Position numbers and translations under genes: made by a program. From NCBI GenBank assembly GCA_964016885.1, contig OZ024742.1, positions 355,942,001 to 356,006,000 of the forward strand: DNA of 64,000 bases, given 5' to 3'. Numbering within the stretch: the stretch's first letter is position 1; each line of letters starts with the position of its first letter. The notes under the pieces are model-generated. The model did not search any database. It had not been told where the DNA came from and saw only the letters and a list, made by a program, of their open reading frames with translations. The DNA comes from Eledone cirrhosa. Taxonomy: Eukaryota. Shown one piece after another: positions 38,534 through 51,999 of the stretch.

Positions 38534-38537
<4 letters not shown>
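37580..38537 (+). mobile_element. Non-coding 544-nt-unit element with tandem overlap and inverted arm
   Basis: 37935-37993 repeats at 38479-38537 (period 544); 37580-37934 is an inverted copy spanning the unit junction. Confidence 0.75.
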
Positions 38538-38539
<2 letters not shown>

Positions 38540-38565
<26 letters not shown>

Positions 38566-38645
38566 TTTTTTCTTCTCCCCCCCCCTTTTTTACTTACTCA
38601 TTTTTATGCGTGTGCATGCAAACAGGTCAATATGCGTGAGTGTAA

Positions 38646-38691
<46 letters not shown>

Positions 38692-39430
38692 ACGTATCGA
38701 ACGTATGGATGTGTAAGTGTGCGTGTGTATATAAGCATGTATATTTTTGCGTTTCTTTTGTGAGATACGCGTGTCTGTGTATGTATGTACCCTTTTTTGT
38801 CTTCTTTTCTTTCATTTTTTTTTTTTTTTTTCTTTCTAAATTTTTTCTTTCTAAATTATTGTTCCATTTTTATAAATATATCGAGATTGATACTTTCCTT
38901 GAAATTATTACACTCCCTTACCTCTTTTACTTCCGCATCTAAGTGTACGTGTGTGTAGGTGTGTTTATGCGTGCGCCTTCATATTCATATTCTTATGATG
39001 TATCTATTCTGTCTGTAGATTACAGACATACAGATACATTTGCCCTAAATTTTATATTTACGCACACTTTTTCACTATACGTATACATATGTGCATACAC
39101 ATATATGCACATCTGTGAGCGTATATACATACATATACACACACCTAACTATATTTCTTGAAAGATTATTATATATTTCATATTCTAATTCATTTGTCTA
39201 TATCTTTTTTTTGATTTTCTTGACGAGACTTTCCAAGTATTTACCCATGTTTTATATTGCCTCGTCTGACGAACGAATGAAGACGCTTCTTTCGTGTTCG
39301 CCTCATTCGAGAAACCTCTGGTAATGAGATAATTATATTGTATTGATTTTTATACATTAAATTTTGCTCTGATACTTACATAGAGCACTCTTCACTTCGA
39401 TGACCTTTTCTGTTTTCAACGGTAATTTCA

Positions 39431-39432
<2 letters not shown>
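38540..39432 (+). mobile_element. PLE-type 3' end with hammerhead
   Basis: Low-complexity UTR-like segment, hammerhead, tail shared with 31878-31945, ends in (TA)n; left boundary uncertain. Confidence 0.55.
39261..39328 (+). ncRNA. Type I hammerhead ribozyme
   Basis: cucgu CUGACGA a cgaauga...ucauucg a GAA ACC-ucu-GGU A^ augag. Confidence 0.82.
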
Positions 39433-39501
<69 letters not shown>

Positions 39502-39554
39502 CCCACATATATACATGCACACACTGACTCACACACCAACACTAACACACTCAT

Positions 39555-39815
39555 ATCATCATCACTGTTTAATGTCCATTTTCCATGCTACAACGAGTTA
39601 GATGCGTTGTCCTGCTGTAAGGCAAACCAGGTCAGGTGACTGTGTCTTGCTCATACAGAACTGATTTTGGCCTGGTTTCTCTGGTTGGATGCCCTTCTTA
39701 ATGCTAACCACATTTACTGTGTTTACTGAGTGCATTTTGTAGTAACATCTACATGACCATTTAACTGGTTAGGCCCTTTTTGTCATTGAACCAAAATTAC
39801 CACTTCACAGTGTAA
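39555..39815 (-). mobile_element. SINE family S2
   Basis: ggatgcccttcttaatgctaacc core and aatgtccattttccatgcta tail. Confidence 0.65.
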
Positions 39816-41029
39816 AATTGGGAATTGGTTGGAGGAGGTGAATGGAGATTGGGGAAGTAGATCTTGGGGCATTGGTGAGGGGTGGGGGGTCAGGATGTGT
39901 ATGGTATGTTTCATATGTACAAGATTGTTGTAGATATTTAATGGGTCTTGAACTTTGATTTCATTACTGATGATGTTACCTTGACAGAACCCTGAAAAAT
40001 CCCTGATCTATTTAGTAGACTGCAAATCCTAAAACAAAAAATAAAACAAAATAAAGAAGAAAGATAAATAGATTATTTCATTCCAATCTCAAAATATAAT
40101 GAGAGTGGTTACTTCATTTAAATTACTAATTTAATAATACCTTTTGAAAAGACTTGAATATCACGACTTTTATTTCCTTTACTTCTCTAAACAATTCTGT
40201 ACTAAGCTGTTGACTACAACAATATATTGACTGTAACATTTGTATAGAATTGACAATAATTATAGAATTGATATGTTTTTTAATGAAAACAAAATAACAC
40301 ATTGATGAAGGTATTGGAATTCTGAAATGAATTTCAGTAATCCAGCTTCATAATTATTGATGTATTGCATATTTTCATTGGTATGATTAACTGTTTTCTT
40401 CAAAATTAAATGGTCAATTCTATAACCTGGCTTTCTTCTTGAAATATTGCTTCCAAATTATTGATTATTTCTAAGTTTCACATAATGGCATACGTATTGA
40501 GAGAAGGATTATAAAGAATTATAATAAGTTGATGTTTCTTCTATTATTAAACCAGGGGGATGTGGATGTAATGGGGCCAGATGGTTCAATAGATTGTTTT
40601 ACAATCATTGGGTGCATGGTTTGATCACACAGCATGGCATCTTGTGTTTGTATCATTTATCACAGGTGAAGATCAATGCAAATCTTGTGAGCAAAATTAT
40701 GTAGATGGAAACTGTTTGATAGCACATCAGATGATCTGTACCTGTAATTCAATGGGCCAAACATAAGGTACAATAAAATGTTCTGTTAAGAAAAGCAAAA
40801 GAAAAAATCGATAAAATACAATATGGCTGCTGCATAAATAAGTAGCTTTGTGTTCAATCTTAGGAGAGTGTCCAATATCATAGTTTACAGCTGATCAATA
40901 CCTAGCAAGTGAAATTCAATAAACAAGAACTGAGGGGAAACCCTTTTTATGCCATCATTTAACATTCATTTTTCTGGCATCAAGTGTTGGACAAGTCACT
41001 ATCAACAGAATCAGTATTTAAATAAAGCT

Positions 41030-41520
41030 TCTTCTTCTTCTTCTTCTTCTTCTTCTTGCTGAGAGGGTTCTTGGGGTCCTCAAACACCCCTTCCAGCAGG
41101 TTCTGTTAGAAGTAACCATTGCCAACTGATGCAGCTGGTCATGCTTGGATTGGAGCTGTGATTTCTCAATTCAGAGAAATAGCAGCTATACCTGAGACAA
41201 GTCATTCTTTTTACATCTACTTTCCCCATGTTTACATGGATTGAACAGATTTTCAGTACAGACTCTCCTCGTCTGTGGCAATCTATTATCATCCTAATTC
41301 TGCTTCAATTATTTGTTTAATCTCCTGCATCTTCCTTCCACTTCTACATCCAATGTTTCATCATCTATATGAATCGCATCTCCAAATCAGTACAATCCTC
41401 TTTCATAAAAACATTACTTTTATACATAGTTCCTCTCTCAGCTCATCCATGCTTCACTGATTATATACATTAACATCACACATATATCAAAGCATGTTCA
41501 CTTCATTTCTATTTAGTACA
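41030..41520 (-). mobile_element. Two adjacent RTE LINE 3' fragments
   Basis: (ctt)n tail + ggagctgtgatttctcaattcagagaa shared with 1390 and 55250; second fragment with MLxYMC remnant. Confidence 0.5.
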
Positions 41521-41789
41521 ATTTAGTAAAATTGAAACTCATAATACTGAGACGACAGATCAACTTTAAAACATCCCACGTGTGATTCAATTAGTTCTTT
41601 TTTTCTTTCATAATTGAAGATGATCCATTAGTATACTGGAAACCTATCAGATCCTGATTTTGTATTTGATTTGCAGAATCCTTAATGTAAAATTGTTTGT
41701 TGAAAGATATATTGTTGCCCTATCACTCCAACCATATTTTGATCGCACCACCCTTCTCCCATGCCTTTACACCCCTGCCATAGTCTACT

Positions 41790-42250
41790 CTGTAAAGTAG
41801 TTGTTTGATGCCACGACAAAAAGTGACCGGCCTACACTGTAAAGTGGCTTGTTGGTGACACAACAAAAAATGCCCAGTACACATTGTAAAGTGGTCATGA
41901 AAGTGACATGACAAAAAACGCCAAGCCCAGACTGTAAAGTGGTTGTGTAAGTGTCACAGTAAAAAACGCCCATCACAGATTGTAAACAGTTTGTGTACGT
42001 GTCATGATAAAAAGCAGCCAAGCACACACAGTAAAATTATCCTCTAGGTGTCTCAACAAAAAGCACCCAGAACACAGTGTAAATATTGTTGGAATTATGG
42101 AGGGCATCCAACTATAGAAACGAAACCAGAAATATTTCTGTATGTGCAAGACACCATCACCTGACCTGACTTGTCTTAAATTGGACAACCCATCTAACCC
42201 ATGCTAGCATGGAAAATAGACTTTAAATGGTGATGATGGTGGTGATGAGG
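41790..42250 (+). mobile_element. SINE family S2 with ~6-7 internal 48-bp units
   Basis: Tandem units, gggcatccaactatagaaa core, cccatgctagcatggaaaatagac tail. Confidence 0.75.
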
Positions 42251-42959
42251 TTGCTATGATGATTGACAGGCTCATGCTTCTAATAAAAACAAACACAGTG
42301 ACGTGAAACTCGCCAGTGCATCTGTTTTCATTGGCCACACGATCCTTCCAAAAGTACAACAAAACATATCTCACTCTACTCAGAAATGTTGGAGTTTCTG
42401 AGTAAACATAAAACAAATAGATAAGAAGAATGATGTGTTTTGCCAAGAAAGACAAACATCCGATATGATCACATGATACATAGTTTAGCCAATTTGCTTC
42501 TACAGCATATTAGAATGCAATAGAATATCTAGCCCAATGTTGTGATATTGTTACTTTATACCTCACTCAATAGTTGTGAAGTTGTTTTGAAATATCTAAT
42601 GTCTTCATTATTCAATAGAAATTTCACTTCTGACAGTTTCAAAGAAAAGAAAATCCATACAAAAATTATTTTCGCCATCAGTATATTTATGACATATATG
42701 TTTCCATGGTTACCATTATTGTGGAATTATCAAAAATTCCAAAGTATATAACGTTGAAATTCTAATCGCACACTCAAATTCAATGAATCAGAATTTGCAA
42801 GTTTCTGAATGTTAGTATATGAAAATGTTGTTTATTTTGGTATAAATATAAATTGGTTGAATACACTGAAAAATTAAGCAGTATTGGAAAGGACTATAAA
42901 TGCCATAAATATGAAGAAAAGGAGAAGAAGAGCAAGGACTACTAGACAAAGAAGAAGCA

Positions 42960-43300
42960 GTGAGGGTGACAAACTACACCTAGGTCAACTCGGTGTTGTG
43001 GATGCACTCTGCAGACAATAGGACAAATGTATTTACGCAGACAATGCCCAGTGACACCCACTACAACAGCCACCCCACCTAGCAACGCTCCTTCCTTGGA
43101 CATGCAGCTATTAATTTAATTTTATGAAGGATGTCAGCAGTCTGAGGACACCTGAGGTGTCAACTGGTGTGAAGAGGAAGCTGCTGGACAAGCTCCAGTA
43201 TATTCTTGTCTTCTTGCAAGCCTCACTACCTGGGTGTGTGACCGACGTGACTATGTTGGAGTCAAAGAACATGTCACAGCATCTCACAGTTTATTTCATT
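42960..43300 (+). mobile_element. Possible decayed CR1-group LINE 3' end
   Basis: Translation KDVSSL..VSTGVKRKLLDKL...LPG resembles CR1 RT C-terminus. Confidence 0.3.
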
Positions 43301-43529
43301 TTAGGAAATTAACTTTCATAAGATGGAAACAGTTCATACAATTGTAGACTTAGTAAAACTTTCTATGAATTAACTAAATCACGATTTAGAAGAGTATTTT
43401 ACTGGTAATATGAAATATTACCAGATATAACACATCCCCACACACATATATGTGTGTGGGTGTGTATGTGTATATATTTATGTGTATACATATATATATA
43501 GAAATGCATATGTACATATATGTATGTTT

Positions 43530-44315
43530 GTGGAACTAAAATAGATATAACAAAGAAAATGATACAGTACATGGAAGAAATATATTAGTCTAACAATTAA
43601 AATAGCAGGAAGATTATCTTAACGTTTCGAATACTTCTCCTTCATCAAAAGAGAGAGGTATATAGAAGATAAATAGAAAAAAAAGAGTGAGAAGAAAGAA
43701 CAAGAAAAGTATGAGGAAAAAAAGGGAGAATAAACACACGCATGGTCCATTATCACACTCCTAGATTCCTCTCGCTTTCTCTTGATCCTTAGCAGCTTCT
43801 CTTACAACTAATACATGCCGACTATATATGCTCACTCCACTTTCCCCTTCACTGCTCTGTATACACACATTCACACCCTTATATTAACATACTTTTGCTC
43901 ATAGCTTCGTACTTACATGCACACACACTCTTTTACTCTAATACACACACAGACACACACACACATATGCTTACGCACGTGCACAAGTATAGCTCTTTTT
44001 ACAAAACTGTTTTTTTTCCATTTCAGGTAGACATGCTCCATCATCCACTTTTCTAAAAAATATATCATACACAAAACGCCAGCACCAACAGTTTTGCAAG
44101 AGATGTCAACATGAATGGACCTGTTATTTTTATCTAAAGACATGTTTTCCAATTCCATCCCGCCCGTCACTCAATCTATCTTATTTCTCATTCTTTCTTC
44201 TTATGATAGACTAGCGTCCGAAACGTTAAGACCCTCTTCCTGCTATATCAAGCATGAACCTAATATATTCCTTCCATATACTGTACTGATTGTGTTGTTA
44301 TTTCTGTTTATCTTT

Positions 44316-44320
<5 letters not shown>
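43530..44320. mobile_element. Older inverted-repeat PLE-derived mini-element with two decayed minimal hammerheads
   Basis: Arms ~43530-43655 / 44190-44320; motifs 43617-43652 (-) and 44196-44231 (+) with GAAACGUU; related copy 50880-51290. Confidence 0.6.
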
Positions 44321-44352
<32 letters not shown>

Positions 44353-44499
44353 ATTAGAATACTGGAGCGTGTTTGAGTCAAACACCCTCTTCGTATTATA
44401 GAAATGACAGTAAAAGGTATAGCTCAATGCAGTTAAACAGAGCCAAAAAATTAAGAGAGTAAAACAAAGAATCCTTTAATACATCAAAAGTTTTTATTA

Positions 44500-44537
44500 G
44501 CCGACAATGTTTCGTCCTATTAAGGACTCATCAGGGC
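44500..44537 (-). ncRNA. Minimal type I hammerhead (3' pLTR, family B)
   Basis: gcc CUGAUGA guccu-uaau-aggac GAAAC auu GUC^ ggc; canonical core. Confidence 0.88.
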
Positions 44538-46480
44538 AATCAAAACAACAAGAGGTAATTTCGGCAGATACAAGCCAGATACTCTGAAGAATATGGAGTG
44601 TACATACACTAATGTCTTGCAAAGATATACGATAATAAAAATGAAAATAAAGATAAAAATAATAAAATTATAATAACTAAGGATGTAGATAACATTAAGA
44701 ACCATATTACAAATATATTCCAAAGCCACCAACTTAAATCTAAACAAATTTGGTTATATAGAGCAGGAATTATATATAACACAATATAATACATTATAAT
44801 AATAATATATTTATACCAACATTAAAATTCCAAATTAAATATCAAAAGGTACAATATATACATGTATATATGTGCGCACGCACACACACACACACACACA
44901 CATAATACAATACACATATCTATTTTCTATTACACAGAAATTAAGTCCTATTGGAAGTTTGAATATTAAAAATAAGCATGGTAATAGTGAAAATAATGCT
45001 AATACATCTACCCAATATACATGAGGCTATAATATGATATAATTACAAGAAACACTTATAACAAATAATAAACAACGAAATTATATAATTCAATACAATA
45101 TAATAAAGTAGAATAGATAATCCCCGGTTAATTTACAGAAACAATATAGATGTCACAGTGAAATACAATGATAAAATGTTAACATTATATTAACAATTAC
45201 CATAAACAATATGTACAACATGATTCATACTGGGTTACATAATAAATGAGGAAATATAAATCATATAATATAATACAATAATACTCAAAAAAACTATATT
45301 GGTACAGGGAACAATTATGATGTTACAGAAAAAATATGATGTTACAGAAAAAATATACAGACATCTAACATGATATGTACAGTCTAAATATCATAATGTT
45401 ACATATTACAATATTAAAATATTAAAAAATCCAGACATCTTACATGATATATAAAGTTTAAATATCATAATGTTATATATAATAAACGGTAAGTAATAAG
45501 GATCAATATCATAATGTAATATATTTTAAAAATTGGCATAAAATATATAAATAAATACTTATAATTTCAAGGTTAGTAGACAGACATGTGTGGATGAGTG
45601 AGCGAAGCCAGACAGTGAATAGTAAATAGAATATAGAATAAAACAAATAAATACAATCAACCGGAAATTACAAAACAAAGCAAATGTATACACATTTAGG
45701 CCTCGCGTGCATTAAGAAATTTGGTAAACACCAAGGAAAGCGATCATTTTAAATGACTCCAAACCCTATCTGATAAATTAATATTAAAAATATCAAACCC
45801 ATCCGATAAGGTAGTATAAAATTAGCTATAGTCTAAGTCATTAAAGTATATAAACTTTAATGTATCGTTACAAATGTTTACAAAAAAGAATAAAATTACA
45901 CTATCATATACGCAACGATATCTAAAAAACTGACTTAAGTAGAGTTAAGGTAGGCTAATGGAGACAGAATTGACAAAATATATGGAGGGTGCGAAGTGGC
46001 ATAAAATATATTCGATATACTATAATAAATAATAGAACAGAGCATAAAAGAGGGGGGGTTAATATAATCATATTCAATCTGGAGGGGTTGACAATACGTT
46101 TATGTGTGCATGGGGGGAAGGGGGGGTCTATAGATAAATCAGAATAGACTTAGAAATAAAAATAGAATTAAAAATAAAAATAAAAATAAAAATAAAAATA
46201 ATGTTAAAATTAAAATTTAAGTTAATGATAATAAAAGAATATATAAAGATAATAACGTGTGTAATCTTATGTATACTAACAAGGTGTAATAGTGAAGACA
46301 TAGATATGGTACAGTGGCCAAATGATTATGAGAGCTAGAATGAAGAGTCATCAAAAACCAATGATAACATTAGTGTTGGCAAACAAAAGAACCCAAACAA
46401 AAAACTAAGTAATGGAATATATCTGCTAATGGGTACGATTTGTACTACTAGAACATTTGGGTTTATAATAAAAGTAAGAA

Positions 46481-49118
46481 TTAGAAATGGCATGGGGGAA
46501 AGAAGAGAATATCTCAGACTTTCTATTCAGTAAGGGTACGCTAGAGAAAATAATAGAGTGTGTTTCAAGTATACAGAGATTACAAAACTTACTATGTGCA
46601 GAAAGGTGGTTAGATCATGCTACTAAACTCCAGTTAAGGCTATATGGTATATAAGCTCCCTTAAGATCCCAGATATAATGCGCTAGAGAGGTAGAATTCT
46701 TAAACCTAACATGTTTGAAGTTAGAGATATGAGAGTTAAACCTAGTCTTAAAAGTGTTTGAAGTAGATCCTATATACGTTCTTTTAGAGGAATTAGTTAT
46801 AACCTCGCAAGCATAGACAATGTTCTTAGAAAGGCAGTTACCGTTTAGAGGGCAGTTAGCACTCACTCTACAATTGCACTTCCGGGTGTTATTGGTTGGC
46901 TCAAGTGGTGATGTATTGCACGTAGGACCTCTATTAGATAAGGACTGTTCTGGTGGTAAAGTATTGTCCGATGCATTCAGACTAGTAGTATGTAGAGAGG
47001 AGAATCCATCCCTAATTTTCCTATTATTAGTGCTAGCTAAATGAGAACTAATATTAGGGGTGGTAGAGAATGAGAGTTTAATAACATTTTTATTAAAAAT
47101 ACCATGGTATTTGTGAGAAGGGGGGAAATTTTTTTCCAGGATAGTGAAGAAAGACCTAGGGATATTAGTTGATACATCCTGATTATATGGCGGGTTGAAA
47201 TAAGTATTCAATCGCCTTCTATTTTTATTTTTATTCTTATCGACCCTACCTCTATCAAATGTCCCACCGTCGAGACTAGGGTTACTATCGGGAATAGTTG
47301 AAGCCACATTCATAGAATCAGCCATAATTTCGTTATGCCTATTATAGTTTCTACCTCTAGTAGATCCGCTGTTGTCCAGAATCCCTACAAGAGGATTAAG
47401 GCCAATGATAGGATCAGTAGGAGCAACATTACTAGAATAAGATCCAGCCAAACCAACACCAATGCGTGAGCGCACAGGGGGCTCGACATGTCTCTTAGAG
47501 GTATTATATTTGTTATTACGTGTCCGGTGGGATAACTTATGGGTGGGTTCAGATACTCCTATATAAGTTCTACGGTTACTAAGTTTGCTACTCCCATTCA
47601 TAGCCATGTTATGTGATATAATGTTATTATTATTAAGAGTAAGCGGAGACTTTCTAAAGTTACTATTATTATAATTTATTTTACTAGAGTGACCTGAATT
47701 TGCTAGGGCGTTATTGTACTACTCCGCATGTTCATTAAAAGTTCCTATGTCCTTAGATAGTGTGGAAATCATATTAGAAACACCCTTAATTATAGAGTTT
47801 ATCATAGACTTAGGGTGGTTAGAATCGGGGCTAACATAAGAAAGAATTTCATTAGGCTTATGGAAGGGTTTAAAACTATTAGTGGCCAAGTCCAAAGTTA
47901 CATCTAAAAAGTTAACCGCTCTATCATTTCTATCTATCGTGATTGAAAGGTTGTAGCTATTAAAAAACTTATAAAGCTTCTTCTTATTACGTTCTACATT
48001 GTTGGTACTAGAGTTAATTATAAACAATGCATCATCACGATATAGTCCGCCTACAAGGTACGGGAAGGTAGCGTATAGTTCATTAAGGAGGAACAACCCA
48101 ACAAGATCAGTAACCTGGGCCGAATCGCTCGAACCCATTGTAACGTCGAAATTATTGGGCGTGTTTTTACGGGTCCAAAAAGTGTCCTCAAATTTAATAA
48201 TAGTTTTACGGGCTGCTAGTATAATATCTACCTGCGATCGTGTAAGGCTCGACACTCTCATGGCCAACATTAAGGCTTTATTGAGGAGGATGGGTGAAAT
48301 TGATGTGTAGTAGGCATCAATATCGAATTGGATAAACTTATTAGATTCAAGTCTATTAATCCCAGAGAACCAATCTATAACTTCCCTAGTGTTCCCCCAT
48401 AAGTTAAAATTAACCTTATCCCTAACATCTGGTATAATAAGGTCAAGGATTTTTTTACTGATAATGGCTATATCCGACTTGGAAGGACAGATAAGTCTAA
48501 CTGAGGGGTTACTAATAAAATCACCTTATGGTCCTTAAGTGTGAATCTCGGTTCTCGAGGGTAATATGGCTGGGTATACTTATCGAGTCCGAGGTCAGAG
48601 ACTATTCTAAGGCCCTCACTATTGATGTGGTTCAAATTCTCAAGCGTAGTTTTTTTATAGTTTCTATATAACTCTTTATAAATAAAATCGCGGTATGTAC
48701 TATAGTCCATGGAGTATAGATTCTTAGTCTTATCTGCCGGGACCAGAATGGACTTATTCTCACCGAAAGCCTTAACAATATTTTTAAGTCTGGACTGGAA
48801 TTTATCAAAATTACTATTGTTTCTATGTCTATCATTTGGCCTAAACCTAACATTTTTGACCAGAGAGAGTAAGTCACCTTCGAAACTGTCTAATAGTATG
48901 TTGTGTGGTGGGCTCTTATACGTTTTGAAGCCGTAGCTATTAAAATTTGTTCTAATCCTGGGGTCCTTCCTATTCTTATTACTATCGTAGTGAAACGCAC
49001 GCCATCTAATCCTTTTTACAAAGGAGTTAACACTAGCTATCAGTAGTTTTTGGTAAGTATTCTTAGAGGGGGTGGGAATATTTTTCAGAGATAAAGGCAA
49101 GTAACTCTTTGTGAGCAT
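46481..49118 (-). pseudogene. PLE RT + GIY-YIG polyprotein (frameshift near 48520, in-frame TAG 47719 and TGA 46615)
   Basis: SLKNIPTPS..RIRWRAFH, VPADKT, MGSSDSAQVTDLVGL, YRDD, FLDV, FNPPY, CNCRVSANCPL, IVYAC..YIGST..FK.R..H, CNLC. Confidence 0.92.
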
Positions 49119-49345
49119 ACTGTCAGATAAAAATATATAGAGGCCAAAATGCCAGTATATATGTGAGTAAGCTCAACCCGTCGGGAGCAGTTACAAGGAT
49201 TAGAATACTGGAGCGTGTTTGAGTCAAACACCCTCTTCGTATTATAGAAATGACAGTAAAAGGTATAGCTCAATGCAGTTAAACAGAGCCAAAAAATTAA
49301 GAGAGTAAAACAAAGAATCCTTTAATACATCAAAAGTTTTTATTA

Positions 49346-49383
49346 GCCGACAATGTTTCGTCCTATTAAGGACTCATCAGGGC
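49346..49383 (-). ncRNA. Minimal type I hammerhead (5' pLTR, family B)
   Basis: Identical to 44500-44537. Confidence 0.88.
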
Positions 49384-49731
49384 AATCAAAACAACAAGAG
49401 GTAATATCGGCAGATACAAGCCAGAAAACTCTGAACAATATGGAGTGTACATACACTAATGTCTTACAAAAATATATGATAATAAAAATGAAAATAAAGA
49501 TAAAAATAATAAAAATATATAATAAGAATAACTAAGGATGTAGATAACATTAAGAACCATATTACAAATATAGTCCAAAGCAACCAACCTAAATCTAAAC
49601 AAATTTGGTTATATAGAGCAGGAATTATATATAACACAATATAATACATTATAATAATAATATACTTTTACCAACATTAAAATTCCAAATTAAAAATCAA
49701 AAGGTACAATATATACATGTATATATGTGCG

Positions 49732-49808
<77 letters not shown>

Positions 49809-50444
49809 CAACAACAACACACACCTCTATGTTCGACTACACAAAAATTAAGCCCTATTAGAAGTTTGAATATTAAAAATAAGCATGATAAGAGTGAAAA
49901 TAATACTAATACATCTACCCAATATACATGAGGCAATAATATGATATAATTACAAGAAACACATATAACAAATAATAAACAACAAAATTATATAATTCAA
50001 TATAATATAATAAAATAGATAATCCCCGGTTAATTTACAGAAACAATATAGATGTCACAATAAAATACAATGATAAAACGTTAACAGTGTATTAACATGT
50101 ACCATAAACAATATATACAAATTGATTCATACTGGGTTTCAGAATAAATGAGGAAATATAAATTATATAATACTCAAAAAAACTATAATGGTACAGGGAA
50201 AAATTATGATGTTACAGAAAAAAATATGATGTTACAGAAAAAAATATACAGACATCTAACATGATATGTAAAGTCTAAATATCATAATGTTACATATTAC
50301 AATATTACAAAAATCCAGACATCTTACATGATATATAAAGTTTAAATATCATAATGTTACATATAATGAACAGTAAGTAATAAGGATCAATATTACATAC
50401 AATATAATATAATATATTATAAAATTGGCATAAAATATATAAAT

Positions 50445-50555
50445 ACTTATTTTATCGACCCCGTAAGGATGAAAGGCAAGTTAACCTCGGCAGCATTTGA
50501 ACTCAGATCATAAAGGGATGTAACTCTATGCTGCAAAGCATGGCATCCGACTCTA

Positions 50556-50560
<5 letters not shown>
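50445..50560 (-). mobile_element. SINE S1 partial
   Basis: ttttatcgaccccgtaaggatgaaaggcaagttaacctcggcagcatttgaactcag. Confidence 0.75.
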
Positions 50561-50603
<43 letters not shown>

Positions 50604-50607
<4 letters not shown>

Positions 50608-50870
50608 AGAGATAGGCAAGTTAAACTACACAAGGTATAGAGCAACTCAATTCCATAGGGTGAGGTTGAATATAATTATTAAGGCCAGTAACTTCAACTG
50701 TACCAGGTACCTTTCATTAACTCCGAGGACCATCTTGCTCAAGCTATGCCAATGAAAATGAACCAGTTCATTATCATTGGCACAGGTTGAAGAAGTTGGT
50801 CTTCAGCGCTAACGAAACATAGATACCTACAAAGGCACTGTTGTAGTAATTGGCCTTAATAGTTACACTT
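50604..50870. mobile_element. Old hairpin-plus-tail mini-element in (TA)n
   Basis: Imperfect arms 50672-50756 / 50773-50866; decayed UUGAAGA..GAAAC motif at ~50785-50830. Confidence 0.5.
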
Positions 50871-51479
50871 TTTTACTTACATATACACACACATATCTTA
50901 GCTTCATACAGACGTATAATAACACACACAGACACACATGCATGCATGAACACACAATAGCTCTCCATTCAAAGCGTTTTTTTCTTTCCATTTCAGGTAG
51001 ACATTCTCCATCATGCACTTTTCTAAAGTATTTCATATTCAAAACACCATCATCAACAGATTTCCAAGTGATGGCAATATGAATGTACCTTTTATTTTTC
51101 TCAAAAATATTTTTTTTTTATTCTGTCCTGCCCATCCCTTCAATCTTTCTAATTTATCATTCTTTCTTCTGATGAAAGACTAGCATCCAAAATGTTGAGA
51201 ACCTTTTCCAGCTATTTCAAGCGTTAACCTAATATATTCATTCCATGTACTGTACTGATTGTGTTGTTATTTCTGTTTACCTTTTACATACATATCATCA
51301 TCATCATCATCATCATCATCATTTTACGTCCGCTTTTCCCTGCTTGCAAGGGTGAGATGGGAACTGATTCTGGCTTGATTTCTACAGCTGGATGCCCTTC
51401 CTAACACCAACCTCATTTACAGGGTAAAGACCATGGGAGTTGCAGCAAGAAGTTCCTCTCCAAAGGAAAGGTAAACGCC

Positions 51480-51630
51480 AATGCACTTGGCACCGGGGAT
51501 ATTGCAACTTATTACTACAGCTGAGTAAACTGGAGAAACCTGAAATAAAGTGTCTTACTCAAGGTTCAGGAATCAAACTCACAACTAAACAATTTGCAAG
51601 CCTAATTCTCTAATCACTAAGCCATGTACT
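51480..51630 (-). mobile_element. tRNA-headed CORE/V-like SINE
   Basis: Minus strand tggcttagtgattagag..gtttgattcct..ccttgagtaagacactttatttca; similar copy 54405-54547. Confidence 0.6.
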
Positions 51631-51701
51631 TTTGAACACAAGCATACACACATTATATATATGTGTATATATATATGTGTATATATATATGTATATATCT
51701 A

Positions 51702-51790
<89 letters not shown>

Positions 51791-51999
51791 AAATAAAGAT
51801 CCGAAGGCATGGTATACATTTCTAATCATTTTAATCATGACACATGTTTCAATAAGAGATAGCCGGGGTTATATCCACTATAGGACTACTACATTTATCC
51901 CTATTCCCTCTACCCGACCCCCGTTCCATTTTACGTTCAACGGTTGTTTTATCAGTTCAACGAATAAGGTTACAATTAGAGTTTCCGCTGGCATTACGG

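Larger units (their letters stand above)
44349..50448 (-). mobile_element. Full-length Naiad-like PLE (family B) with ~1.2-kb direct pLTRs
   Basis: Direct repeats 44349-45562 and 49195-50448 enclose an RT-GIY-YIG frame; ends in (TA)n at 44348. Confidence 0.93.

Noticed and set aside
46615-46617. In-frame TGA as selenocysteine in Naiad family B
   Set aside because: Aligns to a K/R position (WSLVA*SNH vs WKAITKSNP), consistent with CGA>TGA decay; the copy also has a TAG and a frameshift
44349-50448. LTR retrotransposon
   Set aside because: No TG..CA ends, PBS, gag, protease or integrase; the protein is PLE RT + GIY-YIG
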